From positions 722,809 to 754,808 of the forward strand of contig NZ_CP010546.1 of the NCBI RefSeq assembly GCF_001272835.1: a stretch of DNA of 32,000 bases. The letters are read 5' to 3'. The first letter of the stretch is position 1; each line of letters starts with the position of its first letter. The translations under genes were made by a program, and so were the position numbers. Source of the DNA: Mycoplasmoides pneumoniae FH. GTDB lineage: Bacteria > Bacillota_I > Bacilli_A > Mycoplasmatales > Mycoplasmoidaceae. A model generated the notes under the pieces. The model ran no database searches. It was given only the letters and a program-made list of their open reading frames with translations, and was not told the origin of the DNA. Positions 1 to 12,043 of this stretch are shown here, one piece after another.

Positions 1-1323
1 GGCAATCGCAAACAAGAATAACGCTTCATGGGTTTGTGAGTAAGGTTTACCGTTGGGTTGTTTAATCATCTCCATTACCCGCTTACCGCGTTCCAAGATT
101 TGCTTGGTATTTTCGTCCAAGTCACTACCAAACTGACTAAAGCTGTCTAATTCACTGTACTGCGCTAGCTCTAACTTTAAGCTCCCGGTTTGTTGTTTAA
201 TTGCTTTAATTTGCGCTGCACTACCAACCCGCGACACCGATAACCCCACGTGGATGGCAGGGCGTTGACCGGAGTTAAACAGGTTTGACACCATGAACAG
301 TTGACCATCGGTAATCGAAATGACGTTGGTCGGAATGTAAGCGGAAATGTCCCCAGCTTGCGTTTCAATAATAGGTAAAGCGGTAATCGAGCCACCACCA
401 TGCTCCTCGTTTAAACGGCAAGCACGTTCCAGTAAACGCGAGTGCAAGTAGAACACATCCCCAGGAAAGGCTTCCCGTCCTGGTGGTCGGCGTAACAGTA
501 AGGATAAGGTACGGTAAGCAATCGCGTGCTTGGACAAATCATCAAACACAATTAGAACATCCTTACCCTGTTTGAGCCAGTACTCAGCAATGGTAATGCC
601 AGTAAAGGGCGTGAGGTAGATCATCGAAGCGGGATTACTGGCTGTAGCACACACCACCGTGGTGTACTTCATCGAATCAGTTACCTCTAACTGGTGGACA
701 ATTTGCGCTACCGAGGAATTCTTTTGTCCCATCGCTACATAGACACAGTACACGTCCTTACCACGTTGGTTAATAATGGTGTCAATTGCAATTGAGGTCT
801 TACCAGTTTGGCGGTCCCCCACAATTAACTCCCGTTGTCCCTTACCAATCGGAAACAACGCATCAATCGTCAAGATTCCAGTTTCCAGTGGTTGGTTAAC
901 GGTTTTGCGGGTCATTACCCCAGGGGCAATCTTCTCCACTTGGTCAAACTCTTCAGCCTTAATCGGACCACGACCATCCACCGGTTCTCCCAGGGCATTG
1001 ACAATCCGGCCCAACATTACATCACCCACGGGAGTTTGCATCACGTTGTGGGTCCGTTTAGCCGTACTACCTTCACGGATTTTAGAGTAATCACCAAACA
1101 ACGCCACCCCAACCGTGTTTTGCTCTAGGTTAAGCGCAATCCCCTGCACGTTGTTTTCAAACTCAATTAACTCGTTTAAGAGTGCGTTTTCCAAACCACT
1201 GACCTTAGCAATGCCATCAGCGACACTAATAACCTTGCCAATTTCACTGTTAAAGATCTGTTTGGAATACTTCTTAATCTCATTTTTAATGAGTGCTACA
1301 TATTCATTTAATTTGTCTGCCAT
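1..1323 (-). CDS. atpA: F1F0 ATP synthase subunit alpha (N-terminal ~441 codons; C-terminus lies beyond window start)
   Basis: Minus-strand translation from ATG (1321-1323) gives [22 protein letters not shown]...[36 protein letters not shown]. It has the Walker A motif GDRQTGKT typical of F1 alpha and lies directly downstream of atpH. The frame runs off the window edge. Confidence 0.95.
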   Translation of the reverse strand, partial: MADKLNEYVALIKNEIKKYSKQIFNSEIGKVISVADGIAKVSGLENALLNELIEFENNVQGIALNLEQNTVGVALFGDYSKIREGSTAKRTHNVMQTPVGDVMLGRIVNALGEPVDGRGPIKAEEFDQVEKIAPGVMTRKTVNQPLETGILTIDALFPIGKGQRELIVGDRQTGKTSIAIDTIINQRGKDVYCVYVAMGQKNSSVAQIVHQLEVTDSMKYTTVVCATASNPASMIYLTPFTGITIAEYWLKQGKDVLIVFDDLSKHAIAYRTLSLLLRRPPGREAFPGDVFYLHSRLLERACRLNEEHGGGSITALPIIETQAGDISAYIPTNVISITDGQLFMVSNLFNSGQRPAIHVGLSVSRVGSAAQIKAIKQQTGSLKLELAQYSELDSFSQFGSDLDENTKQILERGKRVMEMIKQPNGKPYSQTHEALFLFAIA

Positions 1324-1325
1324 AA

Positions 1326-1862
1326 TTAATTCCCTTTAAACTGTTCCATTAAACGTGATAGTTGATCACGGATATTCTTTTCAAATAACTGGGCGCTCGA
1401 TTCAATTCGGATACCCGAAATCAAGCTCTTGTCAATTTCGGTTTTGTAAACAATCTTGGAATTGAGCTTCTTTTCCATTGCCGCTACGATTCGCTTGAGT
1501 TGGGGCGCACTCAGTTCAAAAGCGGTAATGATCCTAATGAACTGGACGTGTTTTTCATTCTCAACACAATCAAAGAAGTACTTTAAGGCTTGCTCGACTA
1601 GGTTAAAGTAGCCCTTGAGCACAATCGTTTTTAAAAAGTCAACAAAGAGGTCACAAAAGTGGTTTTTAAACAGCTTATCTATTAGCTTAAGCTTTTCCTT
1701 TTTGGTTAAAGTATAAGTATTGAGTAGAGCAGCTAGTGATCCATCTTTAAAGTTACGCGCTAGTTTTAAAAAGTCATGGCTCTGGTCATAGACCTTCTTA
1801 ACCTTCTTTTCCTCTTCACTAAGTTGGAAGAGTGCCATTCCAAAAGCCTGCGCGTTAATCAT
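1326..1862 (-). CDS. atpH: F1F0 ATP synthase subunit delta (OSCP)
   Basis: 178-aa ORF with ATG start and TAA stop, sitting between atpF and atpA in canonical operon order. The start overlaps the atpF stop by 8 nt. Confidence 0.88.
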   Translation of the reverse strand: MINAQAFGMALFQLSEEEKKVKKVYDQSHDFLKLARNFKDGSLAALLNTYTLTKKEKLKLIDKLFKNHFCDLFVDFLKTIVLKGYFNLVEQALKYFFDCVENEKHVQFIRIITAFELSAPQLKRIVAAMEKKLNSKIVYKTEIDKSLISGIRIESSAQLFEKNIRDQLSRLMEQFKGN

Positions 1863-2478
1863 GGTCGTCCTCTGCTTCTAGTTCGCGGATAAACTCTTCA
1901 ATAAAGGCCTTGTCGGCTTTGACATCCACCTTTTTGATAATCAATTCCTTAGCAGCTAACATGGCTAGCTCGACACTTTCCTTTAAGGATTGTTCTTGGA
2001 TCAAGCGCTTTTCCTTTTCAATTTCCTGACGCGCTTGGAAGATCATTAAGTTAGCTTGCCGGTTAGCCTTCTTTTCGATTTCACTTTTAAGTTGCAACGC
2101 CTCATAGTTGGCCTGGTCTACAATTTCCTTAGCAACTACCAGTGAGTTTTCATGGCGTTGGTTGGCTTGTTGGAGTAATGCTTGAGCTTGTTGTTCTAAG
2201 CTGTTGGCCTGGTTGACTTGCTCTTCCAAAAGCGCTTTGCGTTGGTTTAAGAACTTTTGTGTGGGTTTTCAAAAGAGGAACAACAACAAGAACAACAGGA
2301 TCACAAAGGCCAACAAGTGGGCTAAAAAGACCCAGAGGTTCGGAAAAAGTTCGTTGATGACTGATTCACTTTTAATTTCCTTAACGTTTTCGGTACAGGA
2401 AACTAAAAACAAGGCAAACAGGGCAAAACTAAGCGCAACTAAGGTCGTTTTAAATACAAAAGTTGCTCGTAGTTTCAT
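1855..2478 (-). CDS. atpF: F1F0 ATP synthase subunit b, with N-terminal lipoprotein-type signal
   Basis: Track ORFs 1855-2229 and 2269-2478 share a frame and join through one TGA (2269-2271), giving 207 aa. The N-terminus is [31 protein letters not shown]. The rest is a charged coiled-coil typical of subunit b. Confidence 0.9.
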
Positions 2479-2480
2479 GA

Positions 2481-2798
2481 TTAAGCGCCCGATACAAAGA
2501 TAAGAATGAAGGCTATTAACAAGGAATAGATGGAACTCGATTCACTAATAGCAGAGCCAATAAAGATTAATTTAAAGACCTGCTTTTCCACTTCGGGGTT
2601 CCGCGCTACGGCTTCAACCGCTTTCCCAAAGATGTAACCTTGACCAAGACCCACGGTCGCACCACCGACCATGGTAATCCCAGCCCCAATGTAAGCCCCT
2701 AAACGTTCGGTACTTTTATTGGCAACATTGGTATTAGCTGTTGTTGTTTCGTGTAAGATGCGGCCAACTGTGGCGAGAATTTCATTAACGTGTTCCAT
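2481..2798 (-). CDS. atpE: F1F0 ATP synthase subunit c
   Basis: 105-aa ORF forming a two-helix hydrophobic hairpin (GAGITMVGGATVGLGQGYIFGKAVEAVARNPE...). It occupies the operon position between atpB and atpF. Confidence 0.93.
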   Translation of the reverse strand: MEHVNEILATVGRILHETTTANTNVANKSTERLGAYIGAGITMVGGATVGLGQGYIFGKAVEAVARNPEVEKQVFKLIFIGSAISESSSIYSLLIAFILIFVSGA

Positions 2799-2800
2799 AT

Positions 2801-3682
2801 CTAATTAATTATTTCTTTTGCTACCTCCAAATTTTGCAAACGCTGCGCTGCTTCTTGACTTTCTTCCAAGCCAATGTTACGCATTTTTGCCCAATAATTA
2901 TAAGTCAACATCACAAAGACATATCCCTGCAGTGTACCCACTACTACATCAAAATATACATGTAGGGCTGGGGTGAGAATTCCTGCAAAAATGGCACCTA
3001 AACTAAGCGCTAGTGGCTTATTGCTTAAAGTCGAAAAAGCAAAGAACCAGAAGTTATAAAAGAGCGCTAAAATCAAGGTTCCCCCAAGGATATTGCCCCA
3101 CAAACGAAGCGAAATCGAGAACAGTGGCGCAAACTCACCCAAGAAGCTCAACGGATTGGGAATTAAAGTGGAGTACTTCTTGCCCTTAATCGTAATGTTG
3201 AAGGTAAAGCTTTTAAAGAAGGATCACCGTTGGTACCTAATCCCCATAATGACAATTCCCAAAAAGGTGGCTAGCCCTAAAGAAAAGGTAAAGGTCAGTG
3301 ATGAAGTTGGTGGGGAAATGCCACCTAATAATCCAATCAAGTTACTGGAAACCAGGTACAACAGCAACATTAAAAAGTAAGGGGTAAACTTCTTGTTTTC
3401 CTCACCAATTAAATCCGCTGTAGTATCTTGGGCTCAAACAAAGAGCATTTGCATTAATAACACAAAGCTCGAATGGTTGCGTAACGGATCCGCTTTTCTT
3501 AACTTGATTCAGTAAACCAAGAATAAGGTGAGCAACACAATAAAGACCACAAAGATGCCAAAAACTTGATCAGTGGGTAGCAATGGTTTTCATCCCGCAA
3601 CTGGGGAAATGTCAAAGATACCTTCGTGTGGTACGAGGTTAACTCCATTAGGTTCTTTTAAAACTATCGCCCGTGGTGACAT
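2801..3682 (-). CDS. atpB: F1F0 ATP synthase subunit a
   Basis: Track ORF 2801-3151 extends upstream in frame through 5 TGA codons with no TAA/TAG, to the first ATG at 3680-3682 ([13 protein letters not shown]...), giving 293 aa. The protein is polytopic and carries the conserved [11 protein letters not shown] region. The start is chosen as the first ATG, so the 5' end is less certain. Confidence 0.85.
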
Positions 3683-4121
3683 GCTTCTTATTGAGCTTGG
3701 AAATCAGGTTTTTGCAATGATATTCCAAAGGTAGCCATGCAAATGATATCACTATTTTTAGCAATGGGAAAAATAACGTTGAAATTATTGTGGCAATCAC
3801 ATGAAAATATTGCGGTCTTATAAAAAAGGCGAGCAATACGGGAATCAGGTACAGCAAATACCGTGCCACAAAAAAGGAACCAAAGAAAACCGTAACTCGT
3901 TGTTTTGATAAATGCTTAAACTTTTCAAAAAAGTCCCCTAGTTTTAATAAACCAACCACGCTTAACGCTACAAACGGAAAGGGTAGTAACCAACCGTATA
4001 AAACTTTTAAGTGTTGGGTAGTTAAAGCTCAAACTAAAATACCCACTAAAACCACTAACCAAAGCACCAAGATAATGAGGGCAATTGCTTTAGTGAGTTT
4101 TTTATTGGTCCAGTTGTACAA
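3648..4121 (-). CDS. small polytopic membrane protein in the atpI position, upstream of atpB; function unknown
   Basis: Track ORF 3648-3959 extends upstream through one TGA. The frame opens after a TAA at 4142-4144 and contains no ATG. The best candidate start is TTG at 4119-4121 ([24 protein letters not shown]...). The sequence is hydrophobic and helical throughout. Confidence 0.5.
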
Positions 4122-4126
4122 GGCCG

Positions 4127-5506
<1,380 letters not shown>

Positions 5507-5551
5507 CTAACTAATATTTACTTAAATTATATTGACCAATAAATTTAGGAA

Positions 5552-6025
5552 ATGAAACAAATCTATTTTGGTGGTGGCTGTTTTTGGGGTACCCAAAAGT
5601 ATTTTGATCTGATTAAGGGTGTCCAAAAGACCAGTGTGGGCTACCTCAATTCCAACATGAAAAATCCCACTTACGAACAAGTATGTAGTGGGCAGACCAA
5701 CGCAGTGGAAGCAGTGTTCGTTGAATATGATGAAAACAAGGTAAGCTTAAACGAACTTATTGATGCTTTCTTTAAGGTCATTGATCCCACCATTAGAAAC
5801 CGTCAGGGTAATGATATTGGTACCCAGTACCGTACCGGAGTTTATTGGGTAGATCCCCAAGACGAGCAGTTAATTACGCAAAAGTTTAGGGAACTACAGG
5901 CCAATTATCCAAAACCAATTGTGACGGAAAACCGTGCAATGGAAAACTATTTTTTAGCAGAAGAGTACCACCAGGATTACTTAAAGAAAAATCCTCATGG
6001 TTACTGTCACATTAAGTTTGACTAG
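5552..6025 (+). CDS. msrA: peptide methionine-S-sulfoxide reductase
   Basis: 157-aa ORF with the N-terminal GGGCFWG catalytic motif and GNDIGTQYRTGVYW. ATG start, TAG stop. Confidence 0.95.
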   Translation: MKQIYFGGGCFWGTQKYFDLIKGVQKTSVGYLNSNMKNPTYEQVCSGQTNAVEAVFVEYDENKVSLNELIDAFFKVIDPTIRNRQGNDIGTQYRTGVYWVDPQDEQLITQKFRELQANYPKPIVTENRAMENYFLAEEYHQDYLKKNPHGYCHIKFD

Positions 6026-6699
6026 TTAAAGACTTCTGGGTTTTTCACAAACAGGAATGCCTTAATGATGTTGTAGCAATAGTCATTAATCCGTTCAATG
6101 TGTTTCACCGACAGAATTAAGTCAATTAAGAAGATGCGATCACTCAGCTTCTCGTCTTTAACCTTGTCATAGTATTCAGTTAACACGACGCGGTACTGCT
6201 GTTCAAACTCTGTCAGAATTTTAGTGACATTCTCAAACTGAATAGTAAGCGGTTTTTCCTTATCTTGTAAACTGGCAAACGTTTGCTTTAAGTTGTTCAA
6301 CACACTTTTGTGCAAATTAACTAACTTACTAAAGATGCTGACATCCAAGTGCTGGTAGTGCTTGACAAACTTAGTGAGGTTATTGGCATAATCACAAATG
6401 CGTTCCAAATCACGACTACACATAATGATCGTAATTGTTAAGCGTAAGTGGTTAGTTAACGGGGAGTTTTTTGAAATCGCTCAAATGGATTCGTTAATTA
6501 GTTTAAACTCCGATTTATTGGAAAAGTCTTCCATTTCGTAAATTGCTTGAATCAACTTTTCGCGCTTAGTTACATCCGCTTCACATAACAGTTTATTGAG
6601 TGTTTCATGCATCTTAATGACGTGCTGAAAGTAATCAAAAAAGAGTCCTAACAGCTTTTTTTCTGAACGCTTTAAAATTTGGTAGTTAATGCTTTCCAT
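6022..6699 (-). CDS. phoU: phosphate transport regulator PhoU
   Basis: Track ORFs 6022-6423 and 6481-6699 share a frame and join through TGA at 6481, giving 225 aa. It contains helical-repeat PhoU-like motifs (DLERICDYANN, IERINDYCYN) and lies downstream of pstB. Confidence 0.88.
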
Positions 6700-6701
6700 C
6701 G

Positions 6702-7691
6702 TTAATTCCTCCCACTAATGTAACGGTTAGTTTCCTTTTGCTTTGGTCTCGTAAAGATTTGCTTGGTAGTACCTTGTTCCACTACCCTTCCGTTAGCAAA
6801 GAAAATCGTTTCATCAGTGATTCTAATAGTTTGTGCCATTGAGTGAGTCACAATAATAATCGTGTATTTTTCCTTTAATTGCTGGATTAACAGCTCAATC
6901 GAGTTAGTGGCAATTGAGTCCAACGCACTAGTTGGTTCATCCATTAATAAGACATCGGGTTGTAGAGCAATGGCTCTGGCAATACACAACCGTTGTTGTT
7001 GACCACCCGAAAGGGTATTGGCATTACGGTGTAAGTTATCTTTGACCTCGTCCCATAAGGCGGTTGACTTTAAGGCCTGTTCCACAATTTCATGAATCGC
7101 TTGCTTGTTATGAATGCCATGGGCTCTCAGTCCATAGGCAATGTTTTCAAAGATGGAAAAGTTAAAAGGGGTGAGTTGCTGGAACACCATACCAACCCGT
7201 GTGCGCAAGGTTAAATCATTAATAATTCCGGAATTAATGTTTTTACCCAAAAAGAAAATCTTGCCATTTCAGCGCACATTTTCATTGAGGTCATTTAATT
7301 TATTTAAACAACGGATAAAGGTGGACTTACCACAACCGGATTTACCAATTAAAGCGGTAATCTTATTGCGCTTAATTTTGAGGTTAATGTCAAATAAGAC
7401 CTGCTTGTCCTTGTTGTACCAGAAGTTAAGGTTTTCAATTTCAAAGACATTCTTCTTGTCAAAGTCTTGTTTGACAACATCGTCCTTGGTATTCTTAATT
7501 TTGATGAGGCGTTGCAACACATCAATTTCACTCTGCAAGTTAGCAATTTCCTCAGCTTTGGTAGTGGGATCTAACTTAGCAACTTTTTGCTGGTATTGCT
7601 TAATTTGTTTTTCATATAAAGCACGGTACTGCTTCACCTTTTCGCGCTTTTGGATGAAGTTGTGTCAAATTGTTTTTAGGCCTTTTTTCAT
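6702..7691 (-). CDS. pstB: phosphate ABC transporter ATP-binding protein with ~75-aa N-terminal extension
   Basis: Track ORFs 6702-7250 and 7269-7637 share a frame and join via TGA. Extending upstream through one more TGA reaches ATG at 7689-7691 ([12 protein letters not shown]...), giving 329 aa. It has Walker [10 protein letters not shown], the LSGGQQQR signature and Walker [12 protein letters not shown]. Confidence 0.9.
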
Positions 7692-9631
7692 AATTGCAAT
7701 TTGCTTTTAATTTGTAATCACTTTTGTTTATTAAACGAAAACAGGTAAGGAATTAAGTAAGAGCTTAAAAAGATTAAGAACATCAGGAAGACAATTGATA
7801 CCAAAGCGGTTTCCAGCATTACATCAACCGCCGTACTGTTAGTGGAAAATAACTGACCATAAATTCTTGTGGTTAAGGTTTGACCCGGTAGACTTAAATC
7901 AAACAAGTTGCTGGATGCTAACCCAGCGGTAATAAAGAAAGGAGCTGTTTCCGCAATAATTCTGTTAATCGTTAAAATAAGCGCAATAATTAAACCCTTC
8001 AACGCCCCTGGTAACACAATTTTCCAAATTACTTCCCTTTTACTTACACCTAAGGCATAAGCACTTACCCGCAAGTCCCAACTGACATTATTGAGTGCTT
8101 CCTGACATGTGCGAATTAAAAAGGGTAAGACCACTACACTAATAGTAAGAATACCCGCCATTAAACTAGTACCATTCGCACCACCCGCACTTAATTGCAG
8201 TGTTCGCAAAAAGAAGGATAGACCAAACAATCCGTAAATAATCGAGGGCATCGAGCTGAGCGAATCAATTACAAAACTAAAGGTATTTTTTGCAATCCGC
8301 GACTTCGTGTATTCGTTTAATCAAATGGCAATTAACAAAGCGATTGGAAAGGTAATACCAATGGCAACCAGAATAATCACCAAGGTATTGACTAAAGCTC
8401 GCCCTGTAGTATCTACACCAAACGAAAAGACAGTGGAACCACTGCGCTGAATCGCTTGACTACCATTAATAAAAACAAACAAGAGAATCCCTAACACAAA
8501 ACCAAACGCTAAGACGGCACAAAAAATTTCCTGCAGGATTTTTCACGATGTGTAAACCTTATTTAAGTGGTTAGTCTGCATCCTTTCCTTGAAGAAGGTA
8601 GCGCGCTGCTCAACATTAGCAGCTGTAATCTTTTTAACCTGTTGTCTTCTAGCAGTTAAATCAGTAAAAAGAGCGCCAATGTTATTAGGAATAAACCACA
8701 CTACTTGATAAATAAAGTTACTAATCTTCTTTAGGAAAGGATAGCGTTCCAGCGTTTTTGGCCGGGTCGATCAAATGGCAAAAAAGTTCAAGAAGGAAAT
8801 TAAGACAAAGATAATAATGCCAAAAGTGTATAAGACCCCACTAACCTGTTCATCGCCGTTTTCCGAAAAGATAAAGGTGGAGATAACAGAACCCAAAGTT
8901 TTGAGATCTGAAGTAAAGAAACGATCATTAGCAATCACTTCCTGGTAGTTAACACTCTGCAAAATAAAGTTCACAGCCATCGTTTCGCTAATGGCACGAC
9001 CAAACGCTAATACCAAGATTACTACTAGTTGGGCTTTGATTTCCTTTTTAATTACCTTATAAATCACACTGGTTTTGTTTTCACCAAGTGAAATGGCAAC
9101 CGTCATTAAGCTAGATTCCACGTGCAGTAAGGCATTGGTGGTTAAGGAAATCACAATCGGAATGATCATGAAGGACAGCATCACAATCACGTTAAGCAGT
9201 GATAAGGGTGGCAAGTGCAACACGTCACGGAAGATACTGCTGAGAATTTGGGTAGCAAACAATCCAAAGATCACTGAAGGGATCCCGGACAGAATGTCAA
9301 TTACTAAAAGTAGTTTTTTGCGAATCCGGGGTTTGCAACGATAAACCAAGAAAATCGAAGTGCGAACACCGATATAGCTCGCAATAATTAACGAGCCAAT
9401 CGAAACCACAAAACTAACTAACAGCGGAAACCAGATGCTCGCTTTTTTAGCACCCAAGTTAAATTCCAAACCCAGTAAGGACTTGGTAAAGTCAGGACCA
9501 GTTTTAGCTGCTTCAATTAAGAGGAAAATAAAGAAGCTAATGAAGAGCAGTAAAAAACAAACAGCCACTGTTTGCGATAAGTACCGCAGCCAGTTGTCTT
9601 TTTTTAAACGGCTTTTAATTTTCTGTTTCAC
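7676..9631 (-). CDS. pstA: fused phosphate ABC permease (PstC-like N-half plus PstA-like C-half)
   Basis: Track ORFs 7718-8251 and 8771-9631 share a frame. I translated the 519-nt gap and found only TGA codons, no TAA/TAG. The track 3' end at 7718 is TGA, and the true TAA is at 7676-7678, giving 651 aa. Two permease signatures are present: GRAISETMAV (PstC-like) and IAETAPFF (PstA-like). The GTG start at 9629-9631 overlaps the pstS stop. Confidence 0.85.
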
Positions 9632-10788
9632 TAGAGTGCACCGAAGGTTTGGTTGTTCAGACTGTAATCATCAACCCAGAAGTTGGCAATGTTGCTCATT
9701 TCTGCATTACCTGTTTTAAACATCTTTTTCTTTTCGTCAGCCGTTAACTCTAACACACCAAAGTCATCGTATATTTTCTTAATTTCACTGTTGTTGCTAA
9801 ATAACAATCAGTTAAAAAAGCGTTGGATACTTGGCAGTGTTTTTTGTTTTGGTAACAGGGAAACCACTGAGTTCAACGGGCGTACCCATTTGTAAGTGTT
9901 GCTAGAAACTGCTTGACTGGAGGGGGTAACTGCGTTATTATCATATTTGACTTTTAAAACCTCAAAACCTTCACTCTTAATTAGGTTCATGTTGTTATTC
10001 ACAAACCCTAAACTGAGGTACACCATGCCGTATAAATTGGGTTGTCGCAAAGTTGTGACAAAGGTATTAAAGGCCTCAATGTTGGTTTCACTAGTTGGTC
10101 GCGCATTGGGGCCATAGTTGCGTTGACCTTCCAAAATTTCTTTGGAATCTTTATCTAAAGTTTTTGTCTGTGTAAGACCCGAAAACTTCAAGAAGGCTTC
10201 AGCGGTACCAGAAGCAAAAGCGCCCCCAGTACGGGGGAAGCCTATCAAATTATGATTACTGTTTTTAGTGGTTTGTCCGTTTTCGACAAACTTATTAATG
10301 TCAACGCTTTTGCTACCAGCGAACAGATCGTAAAGATCGTTGAGGTTGTCTTTAGTGAGAACTAGTTTGCCCTTAAACTCTGATGGTGCTTTATAAATAA
10401 CAGCAATGGCATCTTTGCCAAGTGTAATTGTTTTGAGCTTTTTGTCCATCCACAACTGCTTGTTTTCCTCAGCATAGCTCTTGGTGTTTTTCGAGACATT
10501 ACCAATGTCAGCTAGTCCCTTGGTGATTGCTTTCACCCCAGCACTAGAGCCACCCGCTTGGACACTAATTTCTACAAGGTTATCCTTGTCATTGTGGTTC
10601 AAGACATAGTGCGAACTGAGTTTGCTTAACAACGGTTGTACCGAAGAAGAACCAACAGCACTAATTAAATTAATATTGGCACAACCGCTAAAAATAACAG
10701 CGGTTAGTGATAGTAATGCTAGTCTAGAAAGTCTTGCAACTCTTAGCACTTTTCTAATTGTGTGCGTTAATTTTAGAAAAACTGGCAT
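9631..10788 (-). CDS. pstS: phosphate-binding lipoprotein PstS
   Basis: ATG start, then a signal peptide with lipobox (...[11 protein letters not shown]). PBP-type motifs follow ([17 protein letters not shown]). The track stop at 9808 is TGA; reading through gives TAG at 9631-9633 and 385 aa. Confidence 0.85.
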
Positions 10789-10876
10789 TTTCGGTACTTT
10801 TTAACCAACTTTTAATTAAGCAAGTTGCATTTCTTAGTTGTGCTTTAAGTAGTTAAAAACAACGATTTTCTGGCGT

Positions 10877-11008
10877 TTATTCTTTGCCAATTGTTTCCTT
10901 TGCTAATTTCTTTTTACGAGAGGCTGCTTTTCTTTTAATCATTCAACCAATGGCCGTGGCACCTAAAGCTAACACTCCAGCAATCGCTGATAAAGATCAG
11001 GTCAACAT
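10877..11008 (-). CDS. paralog A tail segment: 43-aa TM helix plus basic tail, in frame with the upstream segment
   Basis: Same frame as 11030-11977 and directly after its TAA. From ATG 11006-11008 it reads MLTWSLSAIAGVLALGATAIGWMIKRKAASRKKKLAKETIGKE. This mirrors the C-terminal anchor of paralog B. Independent expression is unproven. Confidence 0.35.
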
Positions 11009-11029
11009 CTGGTTAGTTTTAGCACTAGT

Positions 11030-11977
11030 TTAATCAGTGTCATCTTTATTGTCCAACTTTTCCAGTGCAAAGGCTTTGTTTTGGGTGTGGAAATCAAAGA
11101 CTGGTTTTTGTCTAAACTGGAAGTTGTTTTCCTTTAAGAATCTAGCTAGTTGTTGTGCTAGCTTAGTTTGACTGTCATTTTTAATGTTGAACCAAACTGA
11201 CTTTTCTAGACCATCTTTATTAATGAGATATAGCATTTGCTTATTTTGTGATAGCTTTAAGTCATAGTTAATTGCAAAAAGTCTTTGACTACCCAACATT
11301 GCTTGAATGGAGAGCTGACTAGTATAGCGATCAACATGGAACTCTAAGTTGAACTTTTGGTTGTTTTTTAAAACGGTTAAATAAGCCATTTTATTTACCG
11401 GATTCAACCTAGCATTCTTCGTTTCCACATGGAGGTTCATTTGACTCAAAACAATGTTGAGTTTTTCCAATAACACTTGTTCATCTTGCAAACTAAAGTC
11501 TGATTGAAACTCAAACTCATAGTCATCTATTAATTGGATGTTGGATGTTTCTATATCTAATTTGCCAATTTCGAATTCATCAAACATAAAGCTCACTGTT
11601 TGGGTTTCCAAGTGGGGTTTAAACCACAACTTTTGTTTGTCAAGCAACAGCTTGCGCGTATTAATTTTGAACAAGTAAGTGCGTGTGTTGGGCTTTATTT
11701 GATTTTGTTTAACAAAGTACATTTGCCCTTTTATAATTTCGGGATCGATCGTGGAACCTAACTTAAACAGTTCGTTGCTGTTGTGGATGTCGGCTAACAC
11801 ATAGAAGAAACCTTTGTTTTCGTTCATGTTTCCTAAATCAAGTTTGTATTGTCGGGGATCTTCCACAAAGGTTAAGCTGTTAGCATCTACATCTAACACG
11901 GTTTTATCAACACCAGCAAAACTGTTTTTAATGACAAAAACAATTTGTTGCTTTTCAAAATCATTGAGTTTTTCCAT
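11030..11977 (-). CDS. paralog A C-terminal segment (315 aa), unknown function
   Basis: ORF with ATG start and TAA stop. It is collinear with paralog B segment 14138-15172 (for example EIIKGQMYFVKQNQIKPNTRTYLF versus EIIKGQMYFLKKETKIPTIRTYLF). Confidence 0.6.
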   Translation of the reverse strand: MEKLNDFEKQQIVFVIKNSFAGVDKTVLDVDANSLTFVEDPRQYKLDLGNMNENKGFFYVLADIHNSNELFKLGSTIDPEIIKGQMYFVKQNQIKPNTRTYLFKINTRKLLLDKQKLWFKPHLETQTVSFMFDEFEIGKLDIETSNIQLIDDYEFEFQSDFSLQDEQVLLEKLNIVLSQMNLHVETKNARLNPVNKMAYLTVLKNNQKFNLEFHVDRYTSQLSIQAMLGSQRLFAINYDLKLSQNKQMLYLINKDGLEKSVWFNIKNDSQTKLAQQLARFLKENNFQFRQKPVFDFHTQNKAFALEKLDNKDDTD

Positions 11978-12043
11978 GCGTTGCTTTAACTCACCTACAC
12001 TAAAGCTTTTAATCGCTTTGTGTAACGGAACACTAAAGTCCTT

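Noticed and set aside
776-1128. Plus-strand ORFs (776-1090, 835-1128, 1115-1339) in the supplied track
   Set aside because: They lie antisense to the clearly coding atpA frame, have low-complexity unrecognisable products and often use alternative start codons. They are shadow ORFs.
7141-7710. 189-aa plus-strand ORF opposite pstB. Similar antisense ORFs occur at 9075-9719, 17419-17754, 19551-20216, 20513-21499, 26418-27383 and 27877-28361
   Set aside because: All overlap well-supported genes on the other strand and show no motif or paralogy. Long antisense ORFs are expected when TGA is the only frequent stop being ignored or used.
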